A stretch of 63,118 bases of DNA, filler included, from Choristocarpus tenellus KU-1152 (taxonomy: Eukaryota; Protista; Phaeophyceae): NCBI GenBank assembly GCA_964200185.2. It is 6 parts of 6 records of this genome, joined end to end, with 100 filler letters (N's around TTAATTAATTAA, not from the genome) between each part and the next. Parts side by side here need not be neighbours in the genome. Positions count along the whole stretch, not along the records: positions 22,881 to 28,760 come from CAXNAD020009527.1; positions 28,861 to 56,507 come from CAXNAD020000142.1; 4 more parts are not named here. One strand, written 5' to 3'. Below are positions 26,740-38,951 of the stretch, piece after piece (within the stretch, counting starts at the first letter, position 1; every line of letters starts with the position of its first letter). A model generated the notes under the pieces. It saw nothing but the letters and a program-made list of their open reading frames with translations. It was not told the DNA's origin and ran no database searches. Both the position numbers and the translations under genes were made by a program.

Positions 26740-28540
26740 GAAAGGCAGTTCTATCGGATTACGTTTTGTTGTGGGATATACCCTTACTGAAGAGACTTTG
26801 GAGTCAGTCAATGGATGCTTCCTGGTCGAAGTTCCGCATGGTCGTGCACCAGACTCCCCCCAAGGATATACTCTTTATTCTGATGGACGCGAATATACTC
26901 GCCCTGGAAAGAGAGGTGAGGGAGGGGAGAATCACCATAGCAGGATTCTTGGATGAGTATAATAACGAGATGTGTTACAACAATTGGTGAGCACCTGTTG
27001 ATGTTTGCGGTGATGAACAGACTTCCACTTGTCAACACTTTTTTTCTATGTACCCAACGGAAAAGGGTCTCGTACGTACTTCATGAGGGGAAATGTGGTA
27101 TCTTCGTCGTGATTACGTCCTTACACATCAGACTGGCTGATGACCAGGTACCTAGTTTGGAATGAATCACTTTTGACAGCAAAATCGGATCATCGCATCA
27201 CATCAGTATCGTTCCGTCTCCTTGATCGTTTGGTCCCAATCGTAACATGTGACAGGTTGGGAAGCAAGAGATACATGCATCAACCAACAAGCGTTGATGT
27301 CTACGTGACCCCTGAGGTCTGCACTAGGTAACATGACTGCTAAAAAGTTCCTCCTATCAGCAGAGGCAGTGTCACTCAAAGATACAGCCGATGCACCTGC
27401 CAATGTTGACAATTTGGCATTTTGATACACAACCCATTTCTGTTAGACACTGCCTCATAAGTACTTCCACCCCCTTCATGGAGGGTGCTGCCTATAGGGT
27501 TGGTGTGTAAGTAACCAAGCTCATGGAGGGTCGGGAAATGTATGTACACCTATTCATGCGTTTATCGAAATACAGAAAGAATATTGCTCTGTAGGTCATG
27601 ATCTCGTGTGGGTTGTGATGACCAAAATTGGCATACCTCTGAAGATCTCCGTCATCCGTCAATTCCATGGTGGTAAATATGAGGGGATGAGTTTGCATGG
27701 ATGATGGTGAGTGTGTGCAATTTACCTTGGGAGGTAATGCTATTTATCAGTTGTGAAGACAAGAAGGTGTGGTGCCTCACACGACCCCCTTCGCTGAACG
27801 TGAAAGAATAGATGGAATCAGAAGAGTGATCTTTGTGGGGTATCTTCTACTATTGCTTGTTTATTGTTACTTGTCTCGTATGTGGGTCAACGGTTACGTC
27901 AGAGAATTCTAATTGCAATACCAAAATCCATACATAATCCAGATGTACTATTTCATTAGTTACATCCCATGGACTCAATTCGACGCAATAATCTCACATA
28001 TACAAAATAAGGTACACCTCACTATTGTCCTGTTTTGCACAGATTGCACGCACTATTTCGAGGTTGGGCAGGACCTTCGACAGGGACGCGTTCTTGCTCT
28101 GATCCTCTTCAACATCTTCACTGAAGTGCTAAGTGTGGTAGTTAAGTAGGTCACCTCTGACCCAGCCATCTCCAAGAGAGCGGCATTAAACAATCCGATT
28201 AGAGGAGGAGCACCGGGGAGTGGGACAATACTTGACCGGCTTTTGCGGGGTATGTTTTATGCTCATGATGCGGGCATGTCTCCAAGACCCAAGGGAGTTT
28301 GATAGGTAATGATGAGTGCTTGTGAAGGTGGTCAGATAATTCGGTCTGACTGTATCAGCATTATAGAAGACACTTGTATATATTTGCCCACCTAATCAGG
28401 ATGCCCCAACCATGCAGAATCAGAAACTGGACCAGACCTACAAGCAGACTGAAAAGTTTGCTTACCTTGGGGAAACCATTAGCTACAATGCTGATATTAC
28501 TGTTGAGATCAACTAGATAATTTAGAAAGAGCCAAACTAA
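26740..28540 (+). mobile_element. Decayed RTE-like LINE with APE endonuclease and RT fragments
   Basis: Endonuclease-like pieces DILFILMDAN, GEHLLMFAVMNRLPLVNTFF, SDHR. RT pieces FEVGQDLRQGRVLALILFNIF, GMFYAHDAG (YADD box, 28258-28269), YKQTEKFAYLG. Frameshifted; boundaries approximate. Confidence 0.85.
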
Positions 28541-28705
28541 CTGAGAGGTAGACAGGTTTGTCACCCTTTTGCATTCTAAGACATAATCTTACCCTTTGCA
28601 ACAATCTCTATTACACTGTGTTATGTACGCAATAGTGTGCGTAAAATTGATATTCCCCCTCTCCACGCACAAAGTGACACCACAATCAAGCAAAGCATAT
28701 TTCTT

Positions 28706-28760
28706 CAATTAACAGGGGATTCTCAAAATTGAGGATGGAGCGGGACTATGAGGATGGTTG
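28706..28760. repeat. Dispersed repeat at contig end, homologous (reverse complement) to 56619-56672
   Basis: Reverse complement ccatcctcatagtcccgctccatcctcaattttgagaatcccctgttaa versus ccatcctcaatgaaaagctccatcctcaatttttgaaatcgactgttaa. Confidence 0.7.
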
Positions 28761-28860
28761 NNNNNNNNNNNNNNNNNNNNNNNNNNNNNNNNNNNNNNNN
28801 NNNNTTAATTAATTAANNNNNNNNNNNNNNNNNNNNNNNNNNNNNNNNNNNNNNNNNNNN
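28761..28860. other. Artificial contig-joining spacer
   Basis: N44-TTAATTAATTAA-N44. Confidence 0.97.
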
Positions 28861-28930
28861 CCAAAAATCGCGACATACAAAAATGGACCCCAAATGAACA
28901 GCCGCCACACCCCCTCCCAGATACTTTGAG
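28861..28930 (-). mobile_element. MITE family A partial copy (reverse orientation) at contig start
   Basis: ccaaaaatcgcgacat...cccagatactttgag is the reverse complement of the left part of copies 22605 and 41881. Confidence 0.8.
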
Positions 28931-29526
28931 CCTATACAGACACGGAGAGAGAGAGATTCATCAGATGGTTATCGTTCGGCAACCTTGTTGGAACAAGTCT
29001 TTCTGAGTGCGAGTAATTCTTGAGACAGGTGTAACTGCTCACAAACCGCAAAGGATTCAAGCACATTAGAGGATGTTGCTACAAGGTACACTCAGGAGAG
29101 AAAGAAAGAGCAACTTCTCAACACCTTTGTCTGAGCCATAGGTAGGTACAAATCACAGCAATACAAATAGAATGCAGTCCACACTTCCATCCCAGTCCCT
29201 TGTGTCCCACAGTTCCAAATAAAAAAGTTTTCCGCGTGTCAGAATGCCCGATGAAGGAAAGTCCTTACCCCCATACACCTATAGACCTTGATTATACATA
29301 CCCTCACATTATCAACTTCGAGTAATAGGAAATAGATTGCAAAAGAGATCATCGGGATGATTGATTGCCTACACATCACTTTCTAGCATGTCGGGAGGAA
29401 CCATATCTTGCTGGAATAATAATGCGAACAGAGAGAAAGTCAATGCCAGATTGGTGACGAACATAATTAACTGAGGGTACAGGGTGCAAAGCAAGTCAAA
29501 CATCCCTTTGAGGGATACTGATATAC

Positions 29527-29875
29527 CCGCTTGTGGCATTTGGATGCGAGCAAATCAAGTAAGTACCCCCAGACGATTGTGGGGAAATGAACTGGATGCG
29601 CCGCTTGCCCTCATGCAAAATGAAAGGCAGGTTCTGCTCTTCCATCATTTTTGATGTTGGCCTATATTTATTATTTCATTATATATATTCTTTAATAGAG
29701 TAGGTTCTGCTACACCAACCAACCTACGACCCACAAAAGCAGTCTCGTTTGAGATTCAACCATAGTCATGGGTCAACAACCCCAAAACAGAAAAAAGCTC
29801 ACCCATATGTTTGCAATTTAATAGGTTCACCACGCTTCACAATATTGTAGGAAGGAATTGGGAATTGGTGCATGT
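29527..29875 (-). CDS. Putative spliced gene of unknown function (partial model)
   Basis: Phase-compatible exons 29875-29803 (GG|gtgagc) and 29661 to about 29527 (tag|G) give MHQFPIPSYNIVKRGEPIKLQTYGPTSKMMEEQNLPFILHEGKRRIQFISPQSSGGTYLICSHP. A possible further exon lies near 29078-28987. Family not recognised. Confidence 0.4.
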
Positions 29876-30399
29876 CTTTGGTAGTGTCCATATGTAGCAG
29901 TTGACAAAGGTGTCGTAATGAAATGCAGAAGAAGGGTTCAGCGAGTAAATGGAACTGAGCAGTAGTCCAGAGTAAAAGGGCTATACCCCCAAGTGTATGT
30001 ACTGAAAGGGGTGCAGGAAACGAAAATCGAGGGTGCAGGAATTGGGTGTATGTGATAATTCATCTTCGGGACGAACGCCGTGTACCGCAAAATATACTAC
30101 TTCGTACAACATTATATTTCATATCCAAACAACATCAATGACGATGTTCTGTCAGGGGTAACATAGAAGGTAGAGAATTCAACAAGCACATAGCAATCAT
30201 AAGAAAGGCCTTCCACTAATCAATATTCTTTCTAGTGTATTTGAAAACAAGAGCCCAACTCCGTCTACACTAAGAGCCTAGACAATAATACTACTTCTTA
30301 CATTTGATCTGAAAACAACCTAGGAACATATGATGTCACACGTAACTGAAAAGGCCTTCCTAGATTGGCACTACAAAGACAGGCTAGAAACAGGGGAAG

Positions 30400-31760
30400 A
30401 ATCCCACAAGTTAGTCAAGCTCCACCTCGCCCACCAGCCCAGTACCAGTACCTCCACATTGAAGCACATGGTGCGCCTTGAAATTGGAACCAAACCAATC
30501 GAGAAGTAGACAGGTTTGGACCCTTATGGATTCTAAGCCATGGAAGACCCCAATAAGAAAGGCAACACTCAGCAGGAAGGGGTAAACGTGCATATGATTG
30601 TGATTTGCTTGGACTGCCATACCTGCTGCTTTGACATGACGCAGGCCACCTACCCCAACTTCTCTACTGACATGTCGCTCATCCATGAAGCTCTTTGTTC
30701 CATCAACCACACACACGAACCACCTCTATTGATTTGTGACTCCTTTACTCCATCGTCGACCGTGATCCCAAACTTATCAAGGCTGTGGGGGAGACACATG
30801 TCGTGTTAAACTATTTTACATTTCCCTCATTTTCGGTCTATTTTATTTCATTTTGACTCGAAGATAAACAATTTTTCAAAGCATCTCTGAGTTAAAACCA
30901 CCTTCAAACTTAGGTTGATTGCAACTTGTGACTTGAAATTTTTCACTATCTTTTTAGGGCAGTGTATGATCGGTGTGTTCCTGTTTGTAACATCCAGTAC
31001 AGTGAAGGAGGGATTCGAAATGATGTCAGTGAACCTTTACATAATGGACCTGGTGTAGTGCCCATGTCATGCAACAATGAAATTGTAGGATCTCAAGTCC
31101 TGAGTATTCAGATTTGAAGTCCAATTACTACACACTCTCTGTGGTTCTTTCCTAAAGCACTAGGTTGTATTTGTGGAAACAAACCTTGTTTTTTCTTAAC
31201 AATGGACTGATCTCAACTGTGGTATCTTTGCCACTCCTAATGGTGTCTCCAAGACAAACAAATCTGACGGCCTGTTTGTAGCTCTCCTCTGAAGGCAGGG
31301 ACGGCATATGTCTGTGACCTTGTTGGGAGGTTGAAGGCACATGGTTTCTGTCTTCAATTCAGGTGTGATCAGTCCAAATTTGACCTAGCCACCTTTACAA
31401 TCACGATTATCGTTTTGGACGGACTTCCTTGGGTCCTAGACACAATTCCCACGTTATCAGCACAGATAGAGCATACCCCATTGGCACCCCTCAAGTATTT
31501 CCACCTGCTGTTGCCTGCCCCCCTCTGATCTGGTCATTTGTCACAGCTCTCCTGATGATGATAAGGTCCTCAGAGAATACTGGGTCAGGGTTGACACTCC
31601 TTATCCACTATGCCTATCATTGCAGCGAAGAAGGCGAAGGACAGAATGGGGGCAAGAGCACAACCCTTGACGAAGGCTTTGCCTGACCTCAATCCAGTCC
31701 ATTCACTCTCCTTCATTGCATTCCATGAAACTGGTCGATGGTTGAGAACATCTTCTTAGA
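30400..31760 (-). mobile_element. Decayed RTE-like LINE (RT C-terminal half and 3' end)
   Basis: ICADNVGIVSRTQG (YADD box), TETMC, YKQAVRFVCLG; 3' part (CVVDGTKSFMDERH) matches the 16.1 kb copy (CVVNGTKSLEEWH). Confidence 0.8.
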
Positions 31761-32475
31761 CTCTGCAAACTTGGTAAGAACAGACTACAAGAGTTTGTGG
31801 TCAACGTAACCATATTTTCTCTGAGGATCAATTGAATCACATTAACAGACAGACGCATCTATCCCCTCTGAGCTCCTGGAGGGCATGTATAGCCTACATA
31901 ATGTCCATTGTGGAGAGCCAAGGCTGGAAGTATTGCTTGTGATGGAGTAACTTCCCCTGTTGTTGATAAGCTCCAAGTTATTGTGTAACAACCTCGAGAA
32001 GCACCCTTCTAGCATGTGCCACCAATGAGATGCCTCTCCAATAAAATTTTCTGTAAATTTGAAATGTATTTTTAAAAGCTTATATAGTTGCAGCCTTACA
32101 TACATGTACTACTTCTTGTTCTATACTTGCAAGTCACTCATAAGTCGCAACTCAGCACACACACAATTAAATCCTCTATAAATCCTCAAACCACAGAGAG
32201 TGCCGATCAATACTCAAAGCCAAATCCAACTCGTATTACATCTGTTCAACTCATGTTCATTGCCGTACTTGGAAGTAGTGCATGGTTATTTCACTATCAA
32301 GTCAATCTAACTTATTATGCCAAGCAATTGTGCACATTGAAGCACTACTCTTATGCACATCTGGTCTACAACAACATCACTCCACCATAAGTCCATTGCT
32401 GAAGCAAGATTCCTCATGGAAACTCAGTGGAAGAGCAGTAAATACTAGAGCAGCACCGTAGCAGTATTCTGCATG

Positions 32476-33410
32476 TCACAATCCAAAGACTCGTGAAAAG
32501 TTACATCGCACTGCATCAGCAGCTTCCTGTACAATAACATCAACAAGGTGAGAGTAGTCAGACAATAGAGGCAAAGAAAACCCATGACAAAATAGTGACT
32601 AGATACAAAAGAGGATAACATTGATATTAAAAAAAAAACCAAGGCCGCTGAACCACATCAGTCAACCACAATATTAAGTTGCCCCTTACCCCAGGATCCC
32701 CTGCACCATAGACTAGATAGCTACCTCAGGTGTCATGTTTTTCACTGCAGCAATAGCCTTCAGGCCCCTGGGGATGGTGGCAGGTTCATTGCGGACACCT
32801 TTGTCCGGACTCATGTAGGGAGAGTCTGTTTCTGTAGAGGAAAACATTGTTGAGTAGGACATATCAAGTGGGGTTGTGGTTTAAGACCAACATGTTCATT
32901 GGTACAAAATGAATCCATAGATGTGTCAATTGCTGAGCATTTTTCCAAAAGCGATACATCAATATATAATACTAATGACAATAATAACAGTCACTTATAC
33001 ATAGGGGACGGGGAAATTGACAACATAAATACTACATTAGGATATCATTCATTATCTATGCTGACAAAAGGAGTTTGTAGTGTAGTTTAGGCTTGTGCTT
33101 GCTGCATTTTAAACAATCTGAGAGCTCCACATTAACCAATTGTTGGTTTGTGGTACCACAAAGATACTGCGAAGAATAGGCTATTGTTGTGCATTTCAAC
33201 GATAGTAAAGGTTGTAGGACAGAACAGAGCACCATCAGCATCATGCAATCAATCCTGTTGAGTAGGTACTATAGAGGGCCTCTCACTACTACACCATTGG
33301 CTTCAGCAGAGAAATACCCCCATCACAACTTCAAAAAGTGAACCCAATCACCTCTGCACATCATCCCCTCTCAAGACAACAAACACAAACACAAATGGAT
33401 ATAGATGGAT

Positions 33411-33445
<35 letters not shown>

Positions 33446-36400
33446 TAGAGAGAGACCAAGCCCAAATCTCTTCTTGTGAGCAACAGAACTACACCATGTA
33501 TGTGAAACCTCCACCAAAGTTAACACACACTCCTTGGGTCCTCAACCTGCGGCTGCCTATCCATCACATCCATGCTTGTTGAAATTTAGGATGGATACCT
33601 GCTTACAAATGTATTTTTCAGTTGATTTTTCTATGCATTGAATAAAACTATTATACAAGTACTGCACATCAGAAGTTGAAGCATTTCAAATGTTCAGTGT
33701 AACGTAAACATGTGCTGACTGTATTGGACGGACCTAAACCATGAGGCCACTTGACTAAACATTGCCAGCTCTTAATAGGGCAACATACTCTCAAAACAAT
33801 CCAATACCTGTAAGGATGCTGTCCATGGGCACTTTTTTTGCCAACTGACGAAAGCTATCTGCACGCTCCACAACACTGGGGATTGATACCATGTAACCTG
33901 CAGTTGGAGGGCAAGGTCATCCAAGAGTTCAGTGGGATTTATCACAAAAGCATCACGCATTTCACTTCCTGCACATACATCAGCACACATAGCTCTTCAA
34001 CTTAGCCCTAACTGAAGCCATAGCCTTAACCCCAACTTAACTTAAAACAAGTATTCAGTATCCAATAAGAAATCACCAGGTACCAATGGTGACCAATCAA
34101 AATGGCCTACAGGGAGTGTTTCCAAAATTACTTCTTTTTTTTCCTAATGGCGATGGTATACTGCATAGAGCTTTGTCCCGACAATAAATCAATTGATAAC
34201 ATGGATTATATACGGTCCACAAGATATGCCAAACAAGCTTATTCAAGACGTAAGTTTCACTTCCTACACGACCAACAATAACTGCAAGAGACCACTCCTC
34301 TTTGGCAAGGTGTAATCTCAACATCCATGGCAACACGCAGTTGTACCTCATGTTTAGGAGTTTCTTTTGTCTTGATGTTTTGACATATTTGGCACAGCCA
34401 CTAGTGTTTTCAAGGTTACTGGAGCACACTCAAACAAGCAAAACTTAATGAAGTTTATCAGTAGAGATAGAGAAGGAAAGACAGCAAGATGTATCCTTAC
34501 ACCACAACTCACCTGCTTCTGCAATCTTAAGAGCAAGTTTGATCTTTCCACTGTAGCAATGGAAGATAGCCTTCGACACACCTTCCTCAATGAGCATCTC
34601 AAAAACTCGAGCCTCTGCCTGAGGTCATAAAGAATGTTCAGTTCTACATTCACGATTTTTTAATTTTTGTCACATATTTGTGTGGTGCTATCAAGGGTAC
34701 AAAGGCTGTGATAAAACATCACTACTTTTCAACAACAAATTCAGCACTAAACTAAGCGTTCACAGGACAATAGCAGTAATGTTGTATTGGATGGGAAACA
34801 ACAGATTAACAGACCAATCCCTGTGCAACACTCCAAGAAAAACCCCTTGATCATATCCATTGTAAAATTCATCTCAATTGTAATGATCAACGTCCTCATC
34901 AACCCCTCTGAGCACTAGCATGCTAACAACCAACTCCAGAGTACAGATGCTGTGGACCAAAAACCAAGAGGATAGATAACCTGTCCTAGACAAGATGAGG
35001 TGACTGTTCTACCTTTCGAGAGTGAAGTATCACGGGCAGGTCATGCTTCACAGAAACTCTTAGCAGCATCCTCAAGACCCTCTCCTGCTCCACAAGAAAG
35101 GAATCATCAGACAAGTAGAAGCGATCCAATCCACACTCTCCCACAGCCACCACTTCTCCTCTAGCTGCAGCCTGGTCAATGAAGTCTATCTCAGCATCAG
35201 TATCAAACCTATCATGTCACAAATTCAACAATTTGGTGGTGCCAACAGCACGAAAGTGGTACATAGGGTAGGGTAGGTTTGGAGGAGGAGGATGGGTTCT
35301 ACAGTAGGTGTCATGAAAGTGTCGTGGCTTATTTTGCATGTGGTGTGAGTATAGGGCATCTCTTCATGGGGCAGTAAGGTTGACACTATGACAGAGTGTC
35401 TCTGGCCATGACACATGCATTTCTAGTGGAAGGACATTTATCCACTGTAACAGTACTCTAACTAAAATAGTATCCTTTCAGCAATAGTTTTACTTTTCTG
35501 GTTGGTTGGGATGGAATATACATGATCAGCAGTGTTCAAAGTCAATCAGCAGTCTTCATCATGCATGGTAGAGCCTTTGTAGTTGGGAGGAGTACATGAG
35601 GGTCCCACCTAGCAGGGGCTGTAAACCTCTCCGGCAAGTGACTCCACATATCTGGGGTGATGACACTTGCCGCAGCATCAAGTGGATATATCCCAACTGC
35701 AGGAAGAAGGTGACTGTGACGACTGCACAGTTGGAGCACCTCACGGTTGCTGGCTGGGTCCAGTCCATTTACAACACAGTATTCTAGACCTGCAATGACA
35801 AAATTGTATATTGGTACAAGAAGGCATTCAAGCTGTCAGGACAAGTGTCTAACCTGCACAACAATGCCAACATATGTCACTATAGGGCACTATCCTTCTC
35901 ACATGGAACAGTCAAGCTAGAAGATGTCCCCTAGTTTGAGAGACACTCCTCCTTTGTAGCAACCAATGTGACGAAGGGGTCACTGAAAATATATTGTAGT
36001 GTGCTGCGGCTGCATTATCTTCTAGTCTTCTGGGTGTTGTGTACCATACATACTTCGAGCATTAAGCGAGAAGAAATTTATGTTCATGGATGTCTGCACA
36101 GGCAATATATCCACCACACTGATGAGCGAAGAGTGGACTCAACAGCCTAATGCACGTTTTGCAAATGTATGGTTGCATGGTTTCCACCAACTCCAGTGGC
36201 TTCATAGGCTAGTGATCACCAGATGGTATGCATCATGAGCAATCCGGGCATGTGTAAAATCGTCCACTTCCGAATTCCATAAACATTTTGACGACTACAA
36301 CGTCCCTACAGGCTCACCAGAGCGAGTCAGACAAGACCATCGCTCGTTCATTTCGAATCATCACAGAGAGCAATGATCGGAGCAGGTTGCAAAATTTGAA

Positions 36401-36793
36401 ATTATGGTAGGAGTTCACCAGACAGACAGAGACATAGGTTCAGTAACCATGCATATGTACCCTTGTGCTGCAGCAAAGATTGAGGTGTTGCAACAAGGTT
36501 GGTGCCCGGCGGGTGTAGAGAGACACCCCAAGAGAAAAACAGGCAATTTTTCAGGGTTGTCATTGCCGACATGTTCTTAAGACAAGTCCACATGGGTCTA
36601 AGAGTGACCCTCGCCCAAACCCACCTGATATTCTAGCCCTGTTTGCAACAATATCCTCCTCCCCCTGAAAGCGACAATGGGTAAGGTGGCAATGGACATC
36701 AACGTAATTCCGAATATTGGGAGCTGTCGAGAGTGCACGCGCACCCAACCCCCAAAGAGCAGTCCATAAAACGACGGTGCGACGACTGTTCAT
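32476..36793 (-). CDS. tatD: TatD-family nuclease with N-terminal extension
   Basis: Seven phase-consistent exons 36793-36625, 35789-35609, 35208-35013, 34618-34513, 33897-33808, 32831-32725, 32526-32476 (stop). Motifs YVDVHCHL, AVGIYP, VAVGECGLD, LPVILHSRKAE, IFHCYSG, LTETDSPY, RNEP, NFSRVFGL*. Confidence 0.95.
33411..33444. repeat. (TAGA)n microsatellite in a TatD intron
   Basis: Read directly. Confidence 0.9.
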
Positions 36794-37157
36794 ACGGAGA
36801 ACAGCCTTCGAAAAGATCTTCAGCTACGATGACTGACACTACAAAAAGGTTGGGTTGAGTAACAGGTAGTACCGGCGACGAGTTCAGAGTAAGTGGGAAG
36901 GAGACCCAAATCAGGGTTTCAGGAACTCTGTAAGAGGTTAGATAGGGCATTCAACTGCAGGAACTGGGGTGCAGGGGGGAAGATAGGTGGAGAGGAGGTA
37001 AGAGGCCAAGACTGAGAAGTTCATACGTAACATCCAACATCAACTTTCACATAGTTTTTCCTTGCCGTTTAAAAGTTAAAAATCGGATTGATCAATTTTC
37101 GCCTCGTCGTTGTGGGATAACCTCACACATGACATGCCTTTGCTCAACTTAAGCACT
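36794..37157. promoter_or_regulatory. Putative bidirectional promoter between TatD and Abitram
   Basis: 364 bp between the divergent start codons. Confidence 0.55.
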
Positions 37158-38951
37158 ATGAAGCGGCCACATAGCGAGACAGAAGAACCACAAAGCGAGT
37201 CATGCCCTTCTTCGTCCCAAAACACCTCGCGAAGATTTGGGGTTAAACGTCTCCCAAAGCAACACCTGCTCCTGTCCAACTCAGCGTTACCAGGATGCAT
37301 TGTTCGACAAGGGTTCGACTGCGCGATTCTCACTGGCCTGAAGGGCTCAGATGGACTTGAACAGTGCCTCAGTATTCATCCCAACGGTCTAGCGGTAGTG
37401 CAACTAGCGCCAACACACCCGGCTGTGGGAACAGGAGATAGGTGAGAGTTCCTCCCTATACAAGTATTTGGACTGTAGCAAACTTCCGTATCTGACAGGA
37501 CCACACTTAACATTCCCCTCCCAGCACCGTTACCCAAGTAAGGTTTGGTGAAGGCCAGTACGATGTCCTGGCCAGTAAAAAGGTCGTGGGAAAGAAGAAA
37601 AAAGGAGCGATGCAAATATACCCAAACTCTTTGCTGTGCACCATCCATACCCAGGGAGGCAAGGAGTATCAGGTGCGCCTTCATGGCGAGGAGATTGTAT
37701 TAGCCCCCGACCCAAACGTCTCGAGGTTTTTTCCTGGGGAATGAGTGGTGTTTGTAAATTTTCGACTATGGACGAGGGCCCTCCAACTGCTATTGTTACA
37801 TCATGGTGTTTTGTCCACATCGGGTTAGTCCACAATAACAACGCTATGGTACTCGGCAATTTTTCCGGCAGAGCTCATTGCATACACCCTCAACAGTGGT
37901 ATAACGCCCACATATCCATTCCAAGGTGTGTGCCGGAGTTTCTGGCGAGTTGATGGAAGTAAATACGGCTGTGCTCGACGAGCCTGGGATTATCAGCTCT
38001 AACGTGAGTGATAGTAAAGTCTGTCGTACACAAACTTCTAGGACTGTTGAAGATATTTTGCAACAACCATCCAGATTATACACACAGGTCGACACCTCAG
38101 CTCAGCAGGGGACTTTGGTACCAATCAAGAAGTGCATACTGACATCAAACGTTGAATAAACTGTAGCCTCTGTAGTGTTGAATCCCATTACCAATAGTGT
38201 GGACAAGATTTTAATCGGCCCTACAAATACTTTTGGTGGAAAGGTGGATATTGTGGTGTGTTTCTATGTAGTCCCTGATACCTATCTATCCAGCTGCAGA
38301 GAGCAAAACTTCTACTTGCTAAAGGTTAAATGTGCTTCCATTGCCTTGCCTAGCAACAAGCTGTTCGAACTGTTCATTGAGCTAATGAGTACATCTGTAT
38401 TTGGATTAAGTGGATTGAGACACTTGGAACAACCATGTCTTATTTGACAACCAGACTCGAGACCTTGACAGTACTTTTTAATCGTGTCACAATTGCATTG
38501 TATGATGCACCACCACCTTTGTGCATATATCCCTACTATACATGAGTTGTTCTATCTAGATACTTGGTGTACCAAGTATTGGATACTGGCAATGTATTTT
38601 CAAATGAAATTTGTTCAATTGTATCATCTACTATGTGCAAACCGGTAAATTCGTGCTTGATATTTGTGCCTAGACGTGCCTTTTTGTCCAAGAGGTCACT
38701 ACACTTGGAGGTGCAAGTTTAAGTTTGGATATCATGACCTATACTGCTCTAGTTTTTCATGATAGAGCACTCAAGGTTGCACCCAACAATACAACTCACC
38801 ACACATTTTCTGATGACCCTTGATCTGTCCCTCTCATGAATCCTACGTACCTCAATTGCAGCCACTTGGGCGTGGATGGTTTATAATAGTTCGACTCAAG
38901 CCACGGGATCAAAGAAGACTTCTGGACGCAATGGGGCCTGCAACTCCCTAG
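37158..38951 (+). CDS. ABITRAM: Abitram/FAM206A (Simiate)-like protein, glycine-cleavage H-protein-like fold
   Basis: Exons 37158-37441, 37525-37672, 37926-38003, 38862-38951 (stop). Translation includes EQCLSIHPNGLAVVQLAPTHP..VVGKKKKGAMQIYPNSLLCTI..VCAGVSGELMEVNTAVLDEPGII..PLGRGWFIIV, matching the family pattern. Start codon is the most plausible ATG. Confidence 0.85.

Noticed and set aside
26808-27255. Apparent two-exon host gene (ORFs 26766 and 27140 join in phase)
   Set aside because: The peptides and the supposed intron together spell a LINE APE endonuclease (LMDAN, LLMFA..LVNTFF, SDH), so this is a decayed retrotransposon
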